Source: Hormiphora californensis
Lineage: Eukaryota > Animalia > Ctenophora
NCBI GenBank assembly: GCA_020137815.1
Contig: CM035351.1
Location: forward strand, 5,208,001 to 5,272,000
Direction of reading: 5' to 3'
DNA length: 64,000 nt
Shown: positions 17,765 to 32,060 of the stretch, piece after piece
Layout: the number at the start of each line of letters is the position of its first letter
Numbering within the stretch: position 1 is the first letter of the stretch
The notes under the pieces: model-generated
The model's database searches: none
The model's input: only the letters and a program-made list of their open reading frames with translations
Told to the model about the DNA's origin: nothing
Program-made: the position numbers and the translations under genes

Positions 17765-20042
17765 CTACAACAATGCAGCTCTACTCTCAAGTCCCTCGAT
17801 CTGCCTCGCCACCTTGTGTGCCTCTATCTCCTCTTGTGTAAAGGCCCACTCTGCTATCCTGAACCCATCCTCCTTCTCTCCATTCCCGCTCTTCAGCGAC
17901 ACTCGGGGCATCATCGCTTCTATCTCCGTTACAAAGATCAACGTGTTGAAGTCGGTTATTGTCACAGCCTTTGCCTTCGCTTCATTCGTTTTCTCCCCCA
18001 TCATGGAAATGAACATGTTCACGATGATAATGCTACCTGTAACGGACCAGTAACAATGCAGGATATACCACCAAAATGTCAGAGGAACATCGTACGTGGC
18101 ACTCTTGTCCTCCAGAATCGAAAGACCCAGATCGTAGTCGTAGACAAAGTGGGTCTTCCTGAATGTTTCGAAGAAGACAAACTCTATCCTCGAGTAGGTA
18201 GTATTCGCATCTTGGTGATGCCATCTTGCCATCTTGCCATCTTGGTGATGCCATCTTGCCATCTTGCCATCTTGGTGATGCCATCACAACTCAGCCCGCT
18301 TCGCGGGCTTCGTTTTCGCACGCTACGCGCACGAGTTGTAAGGGTGACTGCGTCACCAAATTCGCATCCAGAGTCGCATCTCCCAGATTCCAACTGTAAA
18401 CTGTGTCCCAGAATATTGCGAATATGGGAATGTAAATGACCAGCCAGAGGACCCCCATTTTGAGAAGTAACCGGGAGATGGTGTGGAGAACCTCGGCAAT
18501 GTAGCCCATCCTAGTAAAGACTCGGAGGGTGGTAAGACCCACGATGTACTGAAGGAGCAGGATGGCAGAGCTAAGGTAATCTCTATACTGATTAGCAATC
18601 AGAATGTTATCCTTGTCATTGTAACCAGAGGAACTCATTGTGGTGGAGTTGCTCCGAAGTTCTTTGTCAGCGCCCTCCTTAAGTCTGCTTGTTCCGGAAA
18701 ATGTCTCCACAAAAACGTAAATAAGGAATATCAGGGTTAAGATGTCCACAAAATATTCATACAGGGACTCTCCCACTATCTCCTTCGACTTGAACTTCAG
18801 TACATCTTTGATACCTTGAGAGGCTTTTCGAAGACGTCTTGCACAGTTCTGCATTTTCGGGTGAGAGGCGAGCTCCTCCTTATGTGTTAGATCTTCTTCG
18901 TACTTCTGAAACTTTTCCACAGCTCTCCATCGACATATCAGCCTACAGAAATCATACCCCATAATGAAAATGATAACTCCTAAATTTAGAATCAGGGCTG
19001 CTTCAAGTTCTGAACTTGCATCTTTCGACAGATATAACGAACTGTCTAGCAAGTAGATGACAGTCCAAATTAGAATGTAGACCCACTTCATAACTCCGTA
19101 GACCGTGAAAAATTTCCACCCAAAGCGGTTCCATTTTTCTGTCAGTGTCCCTTGGAACACTTTATGCCTGAGTAGTGTTGCAATTCCAGAGTGAGTGTCA
19201 TTCTGGCCTGGGTTCAGGATCATACCCGCGTCAAGGGAGTTCCCACAACTAACATCCTCACCATCCATCCAGAAATAATTCACATTCCTCTGAGGACACT
19301 TCACCACCTTGCGATCCATCAGCTCCGTCGCCACAGGGGGCAGCTTTTGGGCAACTCTGAGCAGAAACGACAGCTCAGCCTCGCTCTGGTCGTTGTAGGT
19401 GTAGTCATGGTTTTTGAGGAGATAGGATGCCAGATCTTGTCGTTTGTAGAAAGTCGCCAGCCAGAGCGGTGTCCTTCCATGGCCGTCTACTGTGGACAAC
19501 ATTTCAGATTCCACTGAGTGAAAGAGCTTCATTACCTCCAAGCTGCCGCAGATGGCTGCAATGTGAATGGGAGTCCGTGAGCCCACCCTACATTTCATGA
19601 ACATCAGAGGCCTGTGATGAAGAATGAGCTGTTTGGCAATGTCCGCTCGACCGGAAATTGCACAGTAGTGGACAGCGTTAAAACCAAACTCATCAAATCT
19701 CGTCACATCCCCTCCTGCTTTCACAAAATCGTCCAATCTCTCCAATGAGCCTACTAAACTCAGTGCATGTAGGACATTCATTCCACTACTGTCCCCCGTG
19801 TCCACACTTGGCATGTCAGATAGGCACTCTCTAAACTTCCTTCCATCGATATCAAGAACTGGGAAATCTTCGCCTGAAACGTCCTGTTCCATCAAGTTTT
19901 CCAGATATCTGTGGGCTGAATAAGTGTGAGCAAAGGAGGGGTCTGCTCGGTGAAGGGGAAGATCAAACAGGGTCTCTCGGACTTTGTCAAGATCAGATTT
20001 TCCAAACTTCCGCAACCTATCCAGAAGGTTCTTGCGCCCCAT
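17765..20042 (-). CDS. Ankyrin-repeat TRP cation channel (TRPV/TRPA-like), otherwise intronless, interrupted by a 148-bp insertion; possibly a disrupted allele
   Basis: Ankyrin repeats (GMNVLH, GFNAVH, SRTPIH, GRTPLW), six hydrophobic segments, and S6 IIIVNMFISMMGEKT. Removing the insertion plus one TSD gives a continuous 2121-nt ORF (706 aa). Confidence 0.85.
18212..18359. mobile_element. 148-bp mini-element with 9-bp TSD and 7-bp TIR
   Basis: ATTCGCATC|TTGGTGA...TCACCAA|ATTCGCATC (TSDs 18203-18211 and 18360-18368). Internal 30-bp tandem repeats and hairpins. Confidence 0.85.
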
Positions 20043-20765
20043 GATAACTACTACTGCACAGGAGCGTCAATAGGAAATGAGGCAGAGCGATTACAGAAGT
20101 GTACCGGGAGGAGAGAATGATCATGCTCATATATAGAGAGGGCGATCAGGGGAATGTTATACACGTGTGCCAATCACGTTAGGGGGCCTTGGCGACCTCT
20201 TCTAGTTTTATTAACGATCAGTCTCCATGGGGCCCAATTTTAATGTTGGGAGAAATTAAAACACGGGGGTTTCGTGAACGGGGTATAACAACGAAAATTT
20301 ATTATGTACAGGGTATAATGTATGTGTAAACGACAAGTAATACGAACACAGAATGATACGAATAGAATAATAATCATTGGGTCACAGTCTCTCAAATGGG
20401 ATACAAGACTACAAGGTGCCACGATTTATAATTGGTATCTTTTAATGACCTTTTTCTGCTAAAATATAATACACCACACATCGTGAAACCAAACTCTTTT
20501 TTATCTCACTGGTTTTAAATAAAATGCTAAATATAATATAACATCAGACGGGGAGCTAATTTCTACAGTTTTTTGTTAAGTTGACCTCTGGGTGACTGTT
20601 TCCAATGTCAATATTTGACTTAATCCGCGATTCACAGACTCTATCTACGTAGGGCAAACGTTGCAGACCCCTCACAGTACAGGGGACTACAACAGTATTC
20701 ACTCGGAATTATAATAACAAATAAGTGACAACTACAGGACCAGAATCTCTGTCTCTCTCTCTCCC

Positions 20766-22416
20766 TCAATGATCCTCAACAACACTGTTATTGTAAACTT
20801 TCTGAGCTATGGGTTGCTCCTGAACCCCATTATTAGCCTGCACAGTGCTCGCCTGCTGAAGGACGGTAGAGTGGGTCTTTGCAAAGCCCCCGGAGCTGTT
20901 AGCAGCGTGTTTTCTCATGCATTTCTGTATCAGTCGCACATAGGCCGCCCTGAAGTTCTGGTTGAACAGTCCGTATATTATGGGGTTGATTGCGGAGTTA
21001 GCCAGAAGTAGCCAGATGACAAAGAACGCAAGGGCCGCAGAGCCCTGGATCTTTACTCCTGCTTTCAGTAGGATTCCAATGATGAACACTGGGAACACGC
21101 AGATCTAAGGGAAGGAGGAGTTAAAAAGGAGGAGTGTAGTATTAAAGCATGATCTGCCAACTAAACGGAATGTAAATTACAGGCACCTGGCGACTTTGTC
21201 CTTAGGACTTGACTGTTATACACTGCCGTGGTATAACAATTAACTATTCGACCTCTATAGACTATAACAGCTCCCTGACTACTTTTTACTTTATTTGAGT
21301 GCCAGGAGGATTGACTATATGCAGGGCGGCGTGCAAGGAATGACTGCACTTACCATGAACATGACAATGATGAGAAGGATGATTTTGGCAGTCCGAAGGT
21401 TTCCTCTGTGCTTCTTCACCATACTGTTCTGAACGGAAGCCTTGCCCATACTGCCCATCAGAATGAAGTAGTAGGTGGGGAAGATGATGAGGATGGGAAG
21501 GGGGAAGGTGGATCCCACGTAGAACCAAAAGTAGGAGCTCATACCCGAGGAGCACGTATAACTCGCAGTAGAGAAATTGTACTCCGCCCACCCTCCGAAT
21601 ATTGGTGGTATGGAGACAATTGCTGCCCATCCCTGCAGAAAGAGAGTGTGTGTTAGACGCTTGTTCCATGAACTGAGATCCTGCAGAATCATTTTCCCTG
21701 ATTGTAGATTGCCCTAATCATAATGTCCATCCTATATCATCTAGGTGGCCTGTTGAGTGATTGCTGTCACTACATCCTACATGTCCCAGTTACAGTAAAC
21801 ACACTGATCTAATGCTCAGTTAGGGCACTCAGTTACATACCCATATTATACCGATGCATATCCATGCCAGGGGTCGCTTCATGATGTGTGGGTATCTGAT
21901 AGCATGGCACACCAAGATATACCGATCGACACTGAAAATAGAAAATAGCTATTATTCACCGGCTGGTGGGTCATATCATATCTAACTATATCTAATGCAA
22001 ATTTGCACGGAAATGTGATACCCTATCGTCAATGTGACGACTTGATCCGTCAGTGTGACGACTTGATCCGTCAGTGTGACGACGTGATCCTTCAGTGTGA
22101 CGACGTGATTCGTAGGTATCACGTATCACAAGTGCTAGACATCTGCTTGCGAACTTGAGGGGTCACATCACATACATAAAAGGGAGAGAAAGAGAGAGAG
22201 AGAGAGAGAAAAAGAGAGGGATCACATTACATTACATAGCAGATAGCATCATAGAGGGAGAGAGAGAGACAGAGACAGAGACAGAGACAGAGACAGAGAC
22301 AGAGACAGAGACAGAGACAGAGACAGAGACAGAGACAGAGACAGAGACAGAGACAGAGACAGAGACAGAGACAGAGACAGAGACAGAGACAGAGACAGAG
22401 ACAGAGACAGAGAGAA

Positions 22417-22467
<51 letters not shown>

Positions 22468-23942
22468 GACAGAGAGAGAGAGAGAGAGAAACAGAGAGAG
22501 ACAGACAGAGACAGACAGAGACAGACAGAGACAGACAGAGACAGAGAAAAACGTAGAGAGAGACAGAGAAAAACGTAGAGAGAGACTGGGAGATTGAGGC
22601 AGGGAGACAGAGAAAAAAGGAAAATATGTGATTCATATGTGATTAGGATATGTGGTTCACCATTTCTAATGGATTATGATATGTGATTCACCCTTTCTTA
22701 TGGATTAGGATATGTGATTCACCCTTTCCAATGGATTAGGATATGTGATTCACCCTTTCTAATGGATTAGGATATGTAATTCACTCTTTCTAATGGATTA
22801 GGATATGTGATTCACCCTTTTTAATGGATTAGGATATGTTATTCACCCTTTCTAATGGATTAGGATATTATATGTGATTCACTCTTTCTAATGGATTAGG
22901 ATATGTGATTCACCCTTTCTAATGGAATAGAATAGAATCACATATCCTAATCCATTAGAAAGGGACTAGGATAATATGTGATTCACCCTTTCTAATGGAT
23001 TAGGATATTTGATTCACCCTTTCTAATGGATTAGGATATGTGATTTACCCTTTCTAATGTAGGTAGGATATGTGATTCTATTCAGGGATAGTGCATGTCA
23101 ACAGTCAGTGTTTCCTAATCCAGCTACACTTTCCGCGAAATTCGCCCGTTTACTAGTTGACATAATACATGGCTCCCCTATTTTGATATTTTTAAATTTT
23201 GAATCTGGGTGTGGGACAGCAAAATACGAGATCGTTACTGCAGTGCTGACAGCTATAGCTCTATTATAAATGCCCTATTTTCTCTAACCACCCAAGATTG
23301 ACAGCTATGGGGGTGGGGTCCAACCTACTGTCGCAATATCTATTTGACTCGTGACGTCATAATGAATGACGTCACACCCAGACAACTCTCACCTGGTCAT
23401 CCCGAGGGTAACCATGGCAGCACAGATGGTAATGTTATCAATGAATCCCCCGATATCACACATAGGATCCGGAAGGATCTGTTTTCCTCCAAAGGCGATG
23501 GAGAAGAACCCCATGGGCATTGTGAAGAGTCCAGTAATTAGGTTGCTGAATGCCAAACTATAAAAATGGGGGGCAGGTGTTAGTAATGGGGTGAAGTTTT
23601 AAATAATAGGCTAACTGTCAGACCCTATATTCTCGCGAGAACCGCAGTCAGAGCATTGGCCTGATAATAGGCTAACGACCTGCTTCATGACACTTGACAC
23701 GATGCCAATATAGGTACCATGATCACCTTTCAGCCAATAGCAGCTGTCCCCAATCAAATTGGTCAATAATATTACCTGCCAATAAAGAGGTTGGATGTGG
23801 TCCGGAGCTTGGGTTGGGAATACATGGCAAAGAGAAGGGCGATGTTGCCACATACACACAGTATTATGAGAACCGCTATCAGAATTAGGATCAGAACCTG
23901 GTCCACTTTGTCAGCGAAAATGTTATCTCCTCCCCCTGCCAT
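20766..23942 (-). CDS. Class A (rhodopsin-family) orphan GPCR. Exons 23942-23776, 23557-23393, 21931-21841, 21632-21354, 21104-20766
   Basis: Phase-consistent splicing gives GN in TM1, SNLFIGSLAFSNL, SVDRY, W in TM4, SIPPIFGGW and NSAINPIIY. No Schiff-base lysine in TM7. Confidence 0.88.
22262..22550. repeat. (GAGACA)n/(GACA)n microsatellite in a GPCR intron
   Basis: Direct reading. Confidence 0.9.
22630..23080. repeat. ~31-bp minisatellite (GGATTAGGATATGTGATTCACCCTTTCTAAT)n with one inverted unit near 22935-22965
   Basis: Direct reading of tandem units. Confidence 0.9.
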
Positions 23943-25332
23943 AATTCTAGTTTATCTGTCGGGGGCAAAATAACGGTTAGGAGAAAACCGAGTACAACAA
24001 ATAAAGGGATACGTATACCGGTATGTCTTGTCGACTCGATATTGAAAAATGAAATTACGGGGTTAGTTAAACATATATGGACGGAATTCTAACTTTAAAA
24101 GTTAAAACTTAAGCTACATGGCGGTTGGCTAAAAAACTGTCAGGCCAATGCTCTGATACTGAGCTCTATACTCTAATCTCTTATATGGTCTCTACTAGCT
24201 GGTCTCCCTGCAATAACAGGTGTATGGCACTGTTTAATTTGTTCAACTTTGTGCCCTGGTCCGGCAAAGCAGGTGCAAACAGAACGATAATGCTAAATTC
24301 AGCTGCATCACAGCAAAACAGGGGGTAAAGATCTTGGACTTCCCATGAAAACTGACTCAGAAATGAAAGGGCCAAGGGAGCACCGGTGGTAATTTGGCTA
24401 ACGACGAAATCAGGGCATGGTGCGTTTCCATGGCAACAAAAGGGGGGGGTCGGAGTCATTTAATTTTAACGTATTCCACTGAACCTCTCCACCTATATAT
24501 ACCAGCTGCAGCTAGCTTGGTAGTAAATCCAACCCCAGGCACAGAACCTCACTGAACCTACTGAGTAGTGATTGTTGTTCTTAAACAACACCTAGCGGTA
24601 CCTAGCTCTTCTCTTGTTGCAAAAGTTTTCTAATTCATTAGAGACTGCGCTTCTACGCGCCTTGATTAATTCTCCATGGCGCATATATTATATTACATGG
24701 TTTATTCAAAATTCAGTATGTGTCTCTGTTTAAAACAATTGTGCCTTACTACTCCAGTCATGAATCAAGGACACCAAGCACGGAACTACCTCAGTTGAGT
24801 TAGTCCGTTGTTAAAAGTTCCAGGGTGGGCAAGTTGTAGGATGAAATCACAAAGAACACACCGCTGTCAAGACAACCCCTGTAATTATCCCTGTATACGA
24901 ATCAATACAACTAGAGAAATTCCAGTCAAGAGAATCTTTTAGGTAATCAACGAATGTGTGTGTGCTCCTTCAATCATATTTACACGGCATCCTGTATGCT
25001 CTATAGAAAACTTTATCTAGTGGATCCAGCAATTAGTTCTCAGAAACACAAGCCTTTTATAGAGATCCCGCCCTGTGAAATTAATTGATTGCTATGCCTC
25101 AGGATATAATCTAGTCCTTCGAAGGGAGGAGAAGACAAATGAATTCCCCCTCCCCTTGGCCCACGTTTATCATTATCTGAAGACACGTACTGTATGGGGA
25201 CATATAACAGTGGCGCTATGAGCCGAGAATCTGTTTGCGTATAATGATAAGGGTGTTCCGCATGGATACTAAACTAGATAAAGTGCATTGTATGCTCAGT
25301 ACGATCTAGCGCTGTGATTGGTCAAGCTTGCA

Positions 25333-25421
25333 CTGTCAGGCCAATGCTCTGACCACAGTTCTCGCGCGCTCCCTTATTTGAGAGAAGTGAGAATAGGGTC
25401 AGGCCAATCATGCTCTGACAG
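25333..25421. mobile_element. Tiny dispersed element (CTGTCAG...CTGACAG family) with 8-bp TSD AGCTTGCA
   Basis: TSD at 25325-25332 and 25422-25429. Relatives at about 23614, 24138, 42536, 44849, 46041 and 47619. Confidence 0.8.
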
Positions 25422-26458
25422 AGCTTGCACGTCTTCCTAGGGTATTTTTTCAAAACATTTTGTTAGATACCGTTTTTCTGACTACAAGCAGCCTTGATTG
25501 TATGATAAGTTACTAATTCACTCACGCATTGTTTAGAAAACAAATAGCATATAGAATATTCTATAGCTTTTGGAGAAGGGTCCTTTCTAACAAATCACAG
25601 CATAACAAATCACAAGCCAGCTGGGAGAACAAGTTGATGAGTAACAAAGGAGAGTAGTTTCACTCTAAGAAATCAGCACTTACTCATAAATGCAGCACCG
25701 GACTTTTGCTGATCATATCATGCACACACACACACTGTCTATCGCTGAAGACAATATCATTATCAGTGGCTTTATTTGGTTGCACACGTGCTAAACTACA
25801 TACACAGATATAATGGGCCCAGTAAGCTACTAATATGTATGGGGTTAATTTGACAAATATTGCATCTATACTTTCATGGAACTTCACATCTCAGTAATAA
25901 GATGAACTACATTCAACTACTTAACATTGGCACTGATCATTAGATCACATATATGTAGAGCACTGACCAGGGGCTCAACGTACTATCATGATGATGGAGC
26001 AATGAGCTAGCTCTCAACCACTAATTATAATCATTTTCTAATTAAATCACTCTTATTTATCAGCTGTACTGACCTATATTGGCTCTTTCTTTCCACTATT
26101 TCGGTTTGTTCTCTAGTACCTTAGATAATTGATTACTCATACCCTAATTGCTGGGTATATGATCATCCCCCACATTACAAAACTATATAATGATATCAAT
26201 AAGTCTCGTGGCACACCATTACAATTATACACGTGTGCTAAAGAATGCTGCTGACCAACACCCCCAGGTTATAGTCTCTATTATCAATTGCAATACACAT
26301 GTGTTATAATAGAGCCACTCGACAAGTGCTCATGTTATTTGCTCTTTCCCCCATGGAGCATTTATTGGGAACCCACCAGCCAACACGTGGTTAAGTGGCT
26401 GATGCACGTGCAATATGGCTCTTCCCAACTAATGTAATCTAGCACCTGTCTGGGGAGA

Positions 26459-26511
<53 letters not shown>

Positions 26512-26994
26512 ACAGAGAGAGAGAGTGAGAGAGAGAGATACAAATAGAGAGAGAAAGAGAGAGAGAGCTCTTCTATTCCTTAAGTATCAGCAGTACTGTC
26601 TCAAATTTGTCAGCTGGAAAATATGTGACAGATCACCTGCACCCTTCATTATGTGAATTTTTATGTTCTAACCCTCCTTTTTACGGGGTGCGGTGAAACC
26701 TAGGGTCGAGCAAGGCAATATAATGTGAAATAGTAAAAATGAACTATTTCTCCTCTCACCCCCGTATACATATTACATATAATTATCTTAACATAATGAA
26801 ATCATTCGGCTGAAAGAGGTGTTACACAAGAGATTACATATAATATATTCATGAAGTTGAAGGATTCATCAGCACATGAACACTTAAGTGCATACTGAGA
26901 TGAAGGGGCAGCAAAGTGATGCATTTGCAATACTTGTATTGGGGAGACATCAGACAGGTTCTAATGAAGCAGTCATAATGGCATTCATTAACCG

Positions 26995-27105
<111 letters not shown>

Positions 27106-30089
27106 CTTTTGAGAGAGCGAGGGACTGAGCGACGAAAGAGGGTATAACTGTGCAGTGGGACAGGGGAGTTTCGACCAATATCCACCCACGTGTAGTTGTG
27201 TGAGGGACGAGGAGGAGGGACGAATATTTACTGTGACAGACAATTTCTCAAATTAAAGCATGCTATTGTAGCATGTACATTGCATATAATAATGTCTCTC
27301 TCCAAGGAGTCCTGGTATTCTGGTAACAGGGGGTGGTCATCTTCTAGCTGGACATTAGAATACTCATTATATTTAGCGTGGGTGTTCAAGGAGACACTCA
27401 GACACAAGAGAAACCAGGGTTATGCAAGTTAGAAAATCACAAAGGGGCAGGGGCATCCCAGTGAGCTTGAAAAATCTGACAGACACTCGAACATGAAGCT
27501 TGATCTTTATTGTACTAGTTTTATCCCACCACCTGTTGTAAGAATGACACAGAAAATACTGTAATTCCTTTGTAGCCGTCTCCCGTCGGCGGCTTCGGAT
27601 TAATCGATCAAACAAAATATATTACTGCTGTTACGACCCCCCAATAATTACCAACAAGATCACCCACCATGACCATGGCCATGGAAGGGAAGTACCATTA
27701 CCATTTCCCAACCAGACACACTGATAGACAAATAAAACTAGGGAGACTTCTGCAGACAGAAGCGTTGAATGGAGAGCTCCAAGGAGCAGGTGTGGGGGAC
27801 TAATTGACTTCGTGTCACTGCAGCTCCCACTTCATGTGAAGGGGAGGTGGTGGTAATAGGCCGCTGAAGGGACAGTGCTACACGCATCTGCCATTCGCTA
27901 TTAAAGATGGTCACCATGTGTTTAAACGTTATTAAATAGGTCGTTGGGTTAAATAAGCCGAATTTAATAGGGTCAATGAGCCGAATGAGCTGGTAGTTCC
28001 TTATCGTATATCCTTGCTATATTCTAACCCATCCTTCCAAGGGCCACGTTGAGAGACTGAGAGAGGGTCGAGCAAGACAAGTCGTTCCTACCATAAGAAG
28101 ATGATCATAGTGCTTAAAGCAACCGTTGGCATGCGCTGCAGACCCCATATTTTATTTGAAAAAATCGGCTGAATATTTTGAGATTTTGGACGATGGGAAG
28201 ACTAAGTAGATTATCGTAATCAAAATAATACACATAATAATGTGACACTACTATTACTAGTGGAGCGTAATGCAAAGCGTATGCAGAGTATATAACAGTA
28301 GTATAAGCCATAACACCATTCTAAAATCCAGGGAGGTGGAATGAGTTGTGGAAAATATTAAAATGAACACCTAAAAAGTGCAGGTCAGCGGAGCGGGGGC
28401 TAAACCAAAGGGAAAAGGAATGTATATGAGACGGTGAAAAACCCCTTGGGGTCAGTGTGTAGGGGTGATGGGCACTCCGTGGTAGAAAAGGGCAGTTGAG
28501 GGGATGTCCCCGTATTGATTCACGTGGGTTTGGAAGTTTGGCAGGCATTAGTGGGGAAAAAAACCCCCCCCCAAAAAAAGGGACGTTTTTGTGACCTATT
28601 AGGAAATGAAAAAGGGCAATTTATGAAAAGATCTGTGGAAAAAAATTTTTTTAAAAAAAATGTTTTTTTTACCCGGGGTTCCCAAAGGCTAATTTAAAAC
28701 TAAATTAAAACCCCGTTTGCCAGTTTTAAAAGGACCAAAAGCCTTTTTTCTAATTTAAGGAACGGATTTGATTTTTAGTAAAAACCTTTGTGTTTTTAAA
28801 AAATGTGTTAAAAGATACAGTTTTTTAAAAATTTTATCAAAAAAAGGGTTCCCCCAAATTTGGCTTTTGAGCCTAGGGGGAAATTGAAAGGGTGCGGCCC
28901 TCTTTTTTTGAACCCATAAAAAAATGTTACTTTTAAACGCGCGAAAAACCTAGTATTCCGCGAAGGTAAGTAGAATCATTTTGGGCAGATTTCACCAGAC
29001 AGGGGCACTGGCAAATATCAAATCCTGTTTGATAATTTCTTTCCCCATTTCATGACCATTTTCCCAAGGGGTTTTGTAATCCGATATAAAACTCACATTT
29101 TTAAAAAATGTTTGGGGATGGAGTAGAAAAACGGGGTAAAAGGGGGGAGGGGGAGAGGTAAGGAGAGGGGGGTAGGGGGAGGGCAAAAAGAGGAAAAACA
29201 GATAATTATCTACACACATGTTTTAATTTTTTCAACGACCCCATTTATTTTATTTTTTTACCAGTAAAATTAAAGTCCATTTTTTTAAAAGTCACCCCCC
29301 CAAAAACGTTTCGCGGAATTGTTTTCGCGTTTAGACATGTTAAAAGTGTAGGCGCGCGCGTAAATTAAAAAATCGCACGGGGCAAAGAGTTGGGGGGGGT
29401 GAAACCCGTTGAATAAAAGGACTTTAAAAATGATATGGATAATAAAAAGGTAAAAACGGGAAAAATTTAAAAAATAAACAATTTAAAAATCATCACATTT
29501 ATATAAAAAAGAGTCAAGAGGAAATTTTTTCCCCCTTCTTTCGGGAAACCCAAAAAATTAAAATTTTTTACCCAAAAAAATTTTGAGTTAAATTTTGCTT
29601 GAGATTTTCTTTTCCCCTGGCGAGGAGGGGCACTCTTTCCCAAAATCCAAGGGTTCGAGGGAAAAAACTGAAAAGAGAGGACAATAAAGAAGTAATTTGG
29701 GTTTTTTTAAGTGCCCCTTTTAGCCAAGGTTTTACTTTTGGCGGGCAGAGAGCGCCCTTTATCATGTAAAATCCCAGGGACTTCGGAAATAAGGGGAAAC
29801 GGGAAAAAACCCCCCCCCCAAAAACAGTTAAAAAAATTAATTTTTTTTAAAAACAGTCCATTTAAAGTAAAAGTAAAAAATAAAAACTGGGAAAAAAATT
29901 TCACCCCATGGATTTTATTATCGGGCCCAATGTGTCCATCACTTTGGGTAATAAGCCCGTGTTTTCCGGGTTTTCATCAATAAAAAAGCAAGGGAAACCA
30001 AAAAATTTAAAAAGGGTTACAGTCCCCAACCCCCCAACCCCACCTAAAAAGGGGGAAAGGGGGGTTAGGGGTACCCTAACAGAAGAAAA

Positions 30090-32060
30090 CCAAAAAAGGG
30101 GGAAAATTGGGAGAATTAGGGGGAAAAAATTTGGGGGGGGGAAATTTGGGAATTAAAATTAGGGATTTAAAATTTGGGGTATAAATTAGGGGGGGCAATT
30201 TGGGAGGGAATTTTGAGAAGGAATTTTGGGGGAATTTTGGGAGGGAGGGAAATTTTTGGAGAATTTAGGGAGGGAAATTTTGGGAGGAAATTTTGGAGAG
30301 GTTTTTTGGGGGAATTTTTGGGATAAATTAGGGATAAATTAGGGTAAAGGAAAAAATTAGGAAAAAATTTGGGGTAAAAATTTGGGAGAAGGGGGGGGGG
30401 GAAATTTTGGTAGAATTTAGGGGGAATTAGGGAGAAAGGGGAAAAATTTAGGGAGAAATTTTGGGGGAAATTTTGGGAGAATTTGGGAGAAAATTTTTGG
30501 AATTAAAAAAGGAAATTTTAAAATTTGGAAAAAAATTGGTTTAAAAATTTGGGAGAATGTTTGGGAGAAATTTAGGGAATTAAATTTGGGATGGGAATTG
30601 GGATAAATAGGAATAAATTAGGGATAAATTAGGGGGAATTTAGGGAGAATTTAGGGGGGGAAAAATTTGGGAGAAAATTTTGGGGAAAAATTTAGGGGGA
30701 CTTTTGGGGGAAAAGTTTTGGGGGGAATTTTGGGATAAATTAGGGAAAATTAGGGAAAAATTTGGAAAATTGGAATTTAAATTTGGGAAAAAAATTTTGG
30801 GAGAAATTTTGGGAGAATTGGGTTGAATTTTGGGAGAATTTTTTGGGGTAAATTAGGGTAAAATTTGGGAAAAAATAGGAATAAATGGAATAAATTTTGG
30901 GGAATTTTAAAAAAGGGGGGAAAAAATTTTGGGAGAATTTAGGGAAAAAATTAGGGATGAAAATTTGGGATAAATTTGGAAAAATTTGGGATTAAATTTG
31001 GGGAAGTTAGGGGGAATTTTTAGGGAGAAAATTTTGGGAGAATTTGGGAGAATTTTGGGGACTTTTGGGAGGGGGTTAGGGGGAATTTAGGGATTAAAAT
31101 TTGGGATTTAAAATTTGGGAAAATTAAAGGGTAAATTAGGAAATTTAAAAAGAGATAAATTGGGAAAAATTTTTTTGGGAAATTTGGTAGGGAATTTTTG
31201 GGGAAAAATTTGGGGGGAAATTTTGGGGGGAAATTTTGGGATAAAAGGGGTAAATTAGGGATAAATTTGGAAAAATTAAAGGGAAAAAATTTGGGAGGAT
31301 TTTGGGAGGGAATTTTGGGGGGAAATTTGGGGGTAAAATTTGGGATTTAAAAAGGAAAAAAATTTGGAAAAATTAGGGAAAAAATTAGGGAGGGTTTAGG
31401 GAAAAAATTAGGGAAAAAATTTGGGATAAATTAGGAAAAATTGGGAAAAATAGGGGAAAAATTAGGGAGAATTTTGGGAGAATTTGGGAGGTTTTGGGAG
31501 AATTTTGGGGGGTAAAAAATTTAAAGGGTAAAAATTTGGAAAAAATTAAGAATTTAAAAAGGGATAAATTTGGGGGGAATTTTGGGGGAAAATTTGGGAG
31601 AATTTTTGGGATAAATTAGGGAAAAAAATTAGGAATAAAATTTTGGAAAATAAAATTTGGGAAAAAATTAGGGAAAAATTTTTGGGGTTTAAATTGGGTA
31701 AATTAGGGGTAAAATTTGGGATTTAAAATTTGGAATAAATTAGGGGAAAAAATTAGGGATTTAAAAATTTGGAATAAAAATTGGGGAGAATTTAGGGGAA
31801 TTTGGGAAGGGAATTTTGGGAGGGAAATTTTGGGAAGGTTTTGGGGGAAAATTTTGGGGCTAAAAATTTGGAAAAAATTTGGTAAATTAGGGAGAAAATT
31901 TTGGGGGAATTTAGGGAGAATTTAGGGGAATTTAGGGGGGGGTTTAGGGGAAATTTTGGGATTAAAATTTAAAGGGTAAATTTGGGAAAAAAAAGGAAAA
32001 AAATTAGGTAAATTGGGAGAATTTTGGGAGATTTAGGGAGAGTTTTTGGGAAATTTTGGG
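30090..32060. repeat. Degraded ~11-12-bp satellite (GGGATAAATTA / GGGAGAATTTA units)
   Basis: Recurrent TTAGGGATAAA and TTAGGGAGAAT cores amid homopolymer noise. Confidence 0.65.

Noticed and set aside
20766-23942. Possible opsin (also considered for 38967-40373)
   Set aside because: TM7 has Leu, not Lys, at the K296-equivalent position six residues before NP.
30090-32060. Interstitial telomere
   Set aside because: TTAGGG occurs only inside longer units, with no (TTAGGG)n run, and sequence quality is poor.
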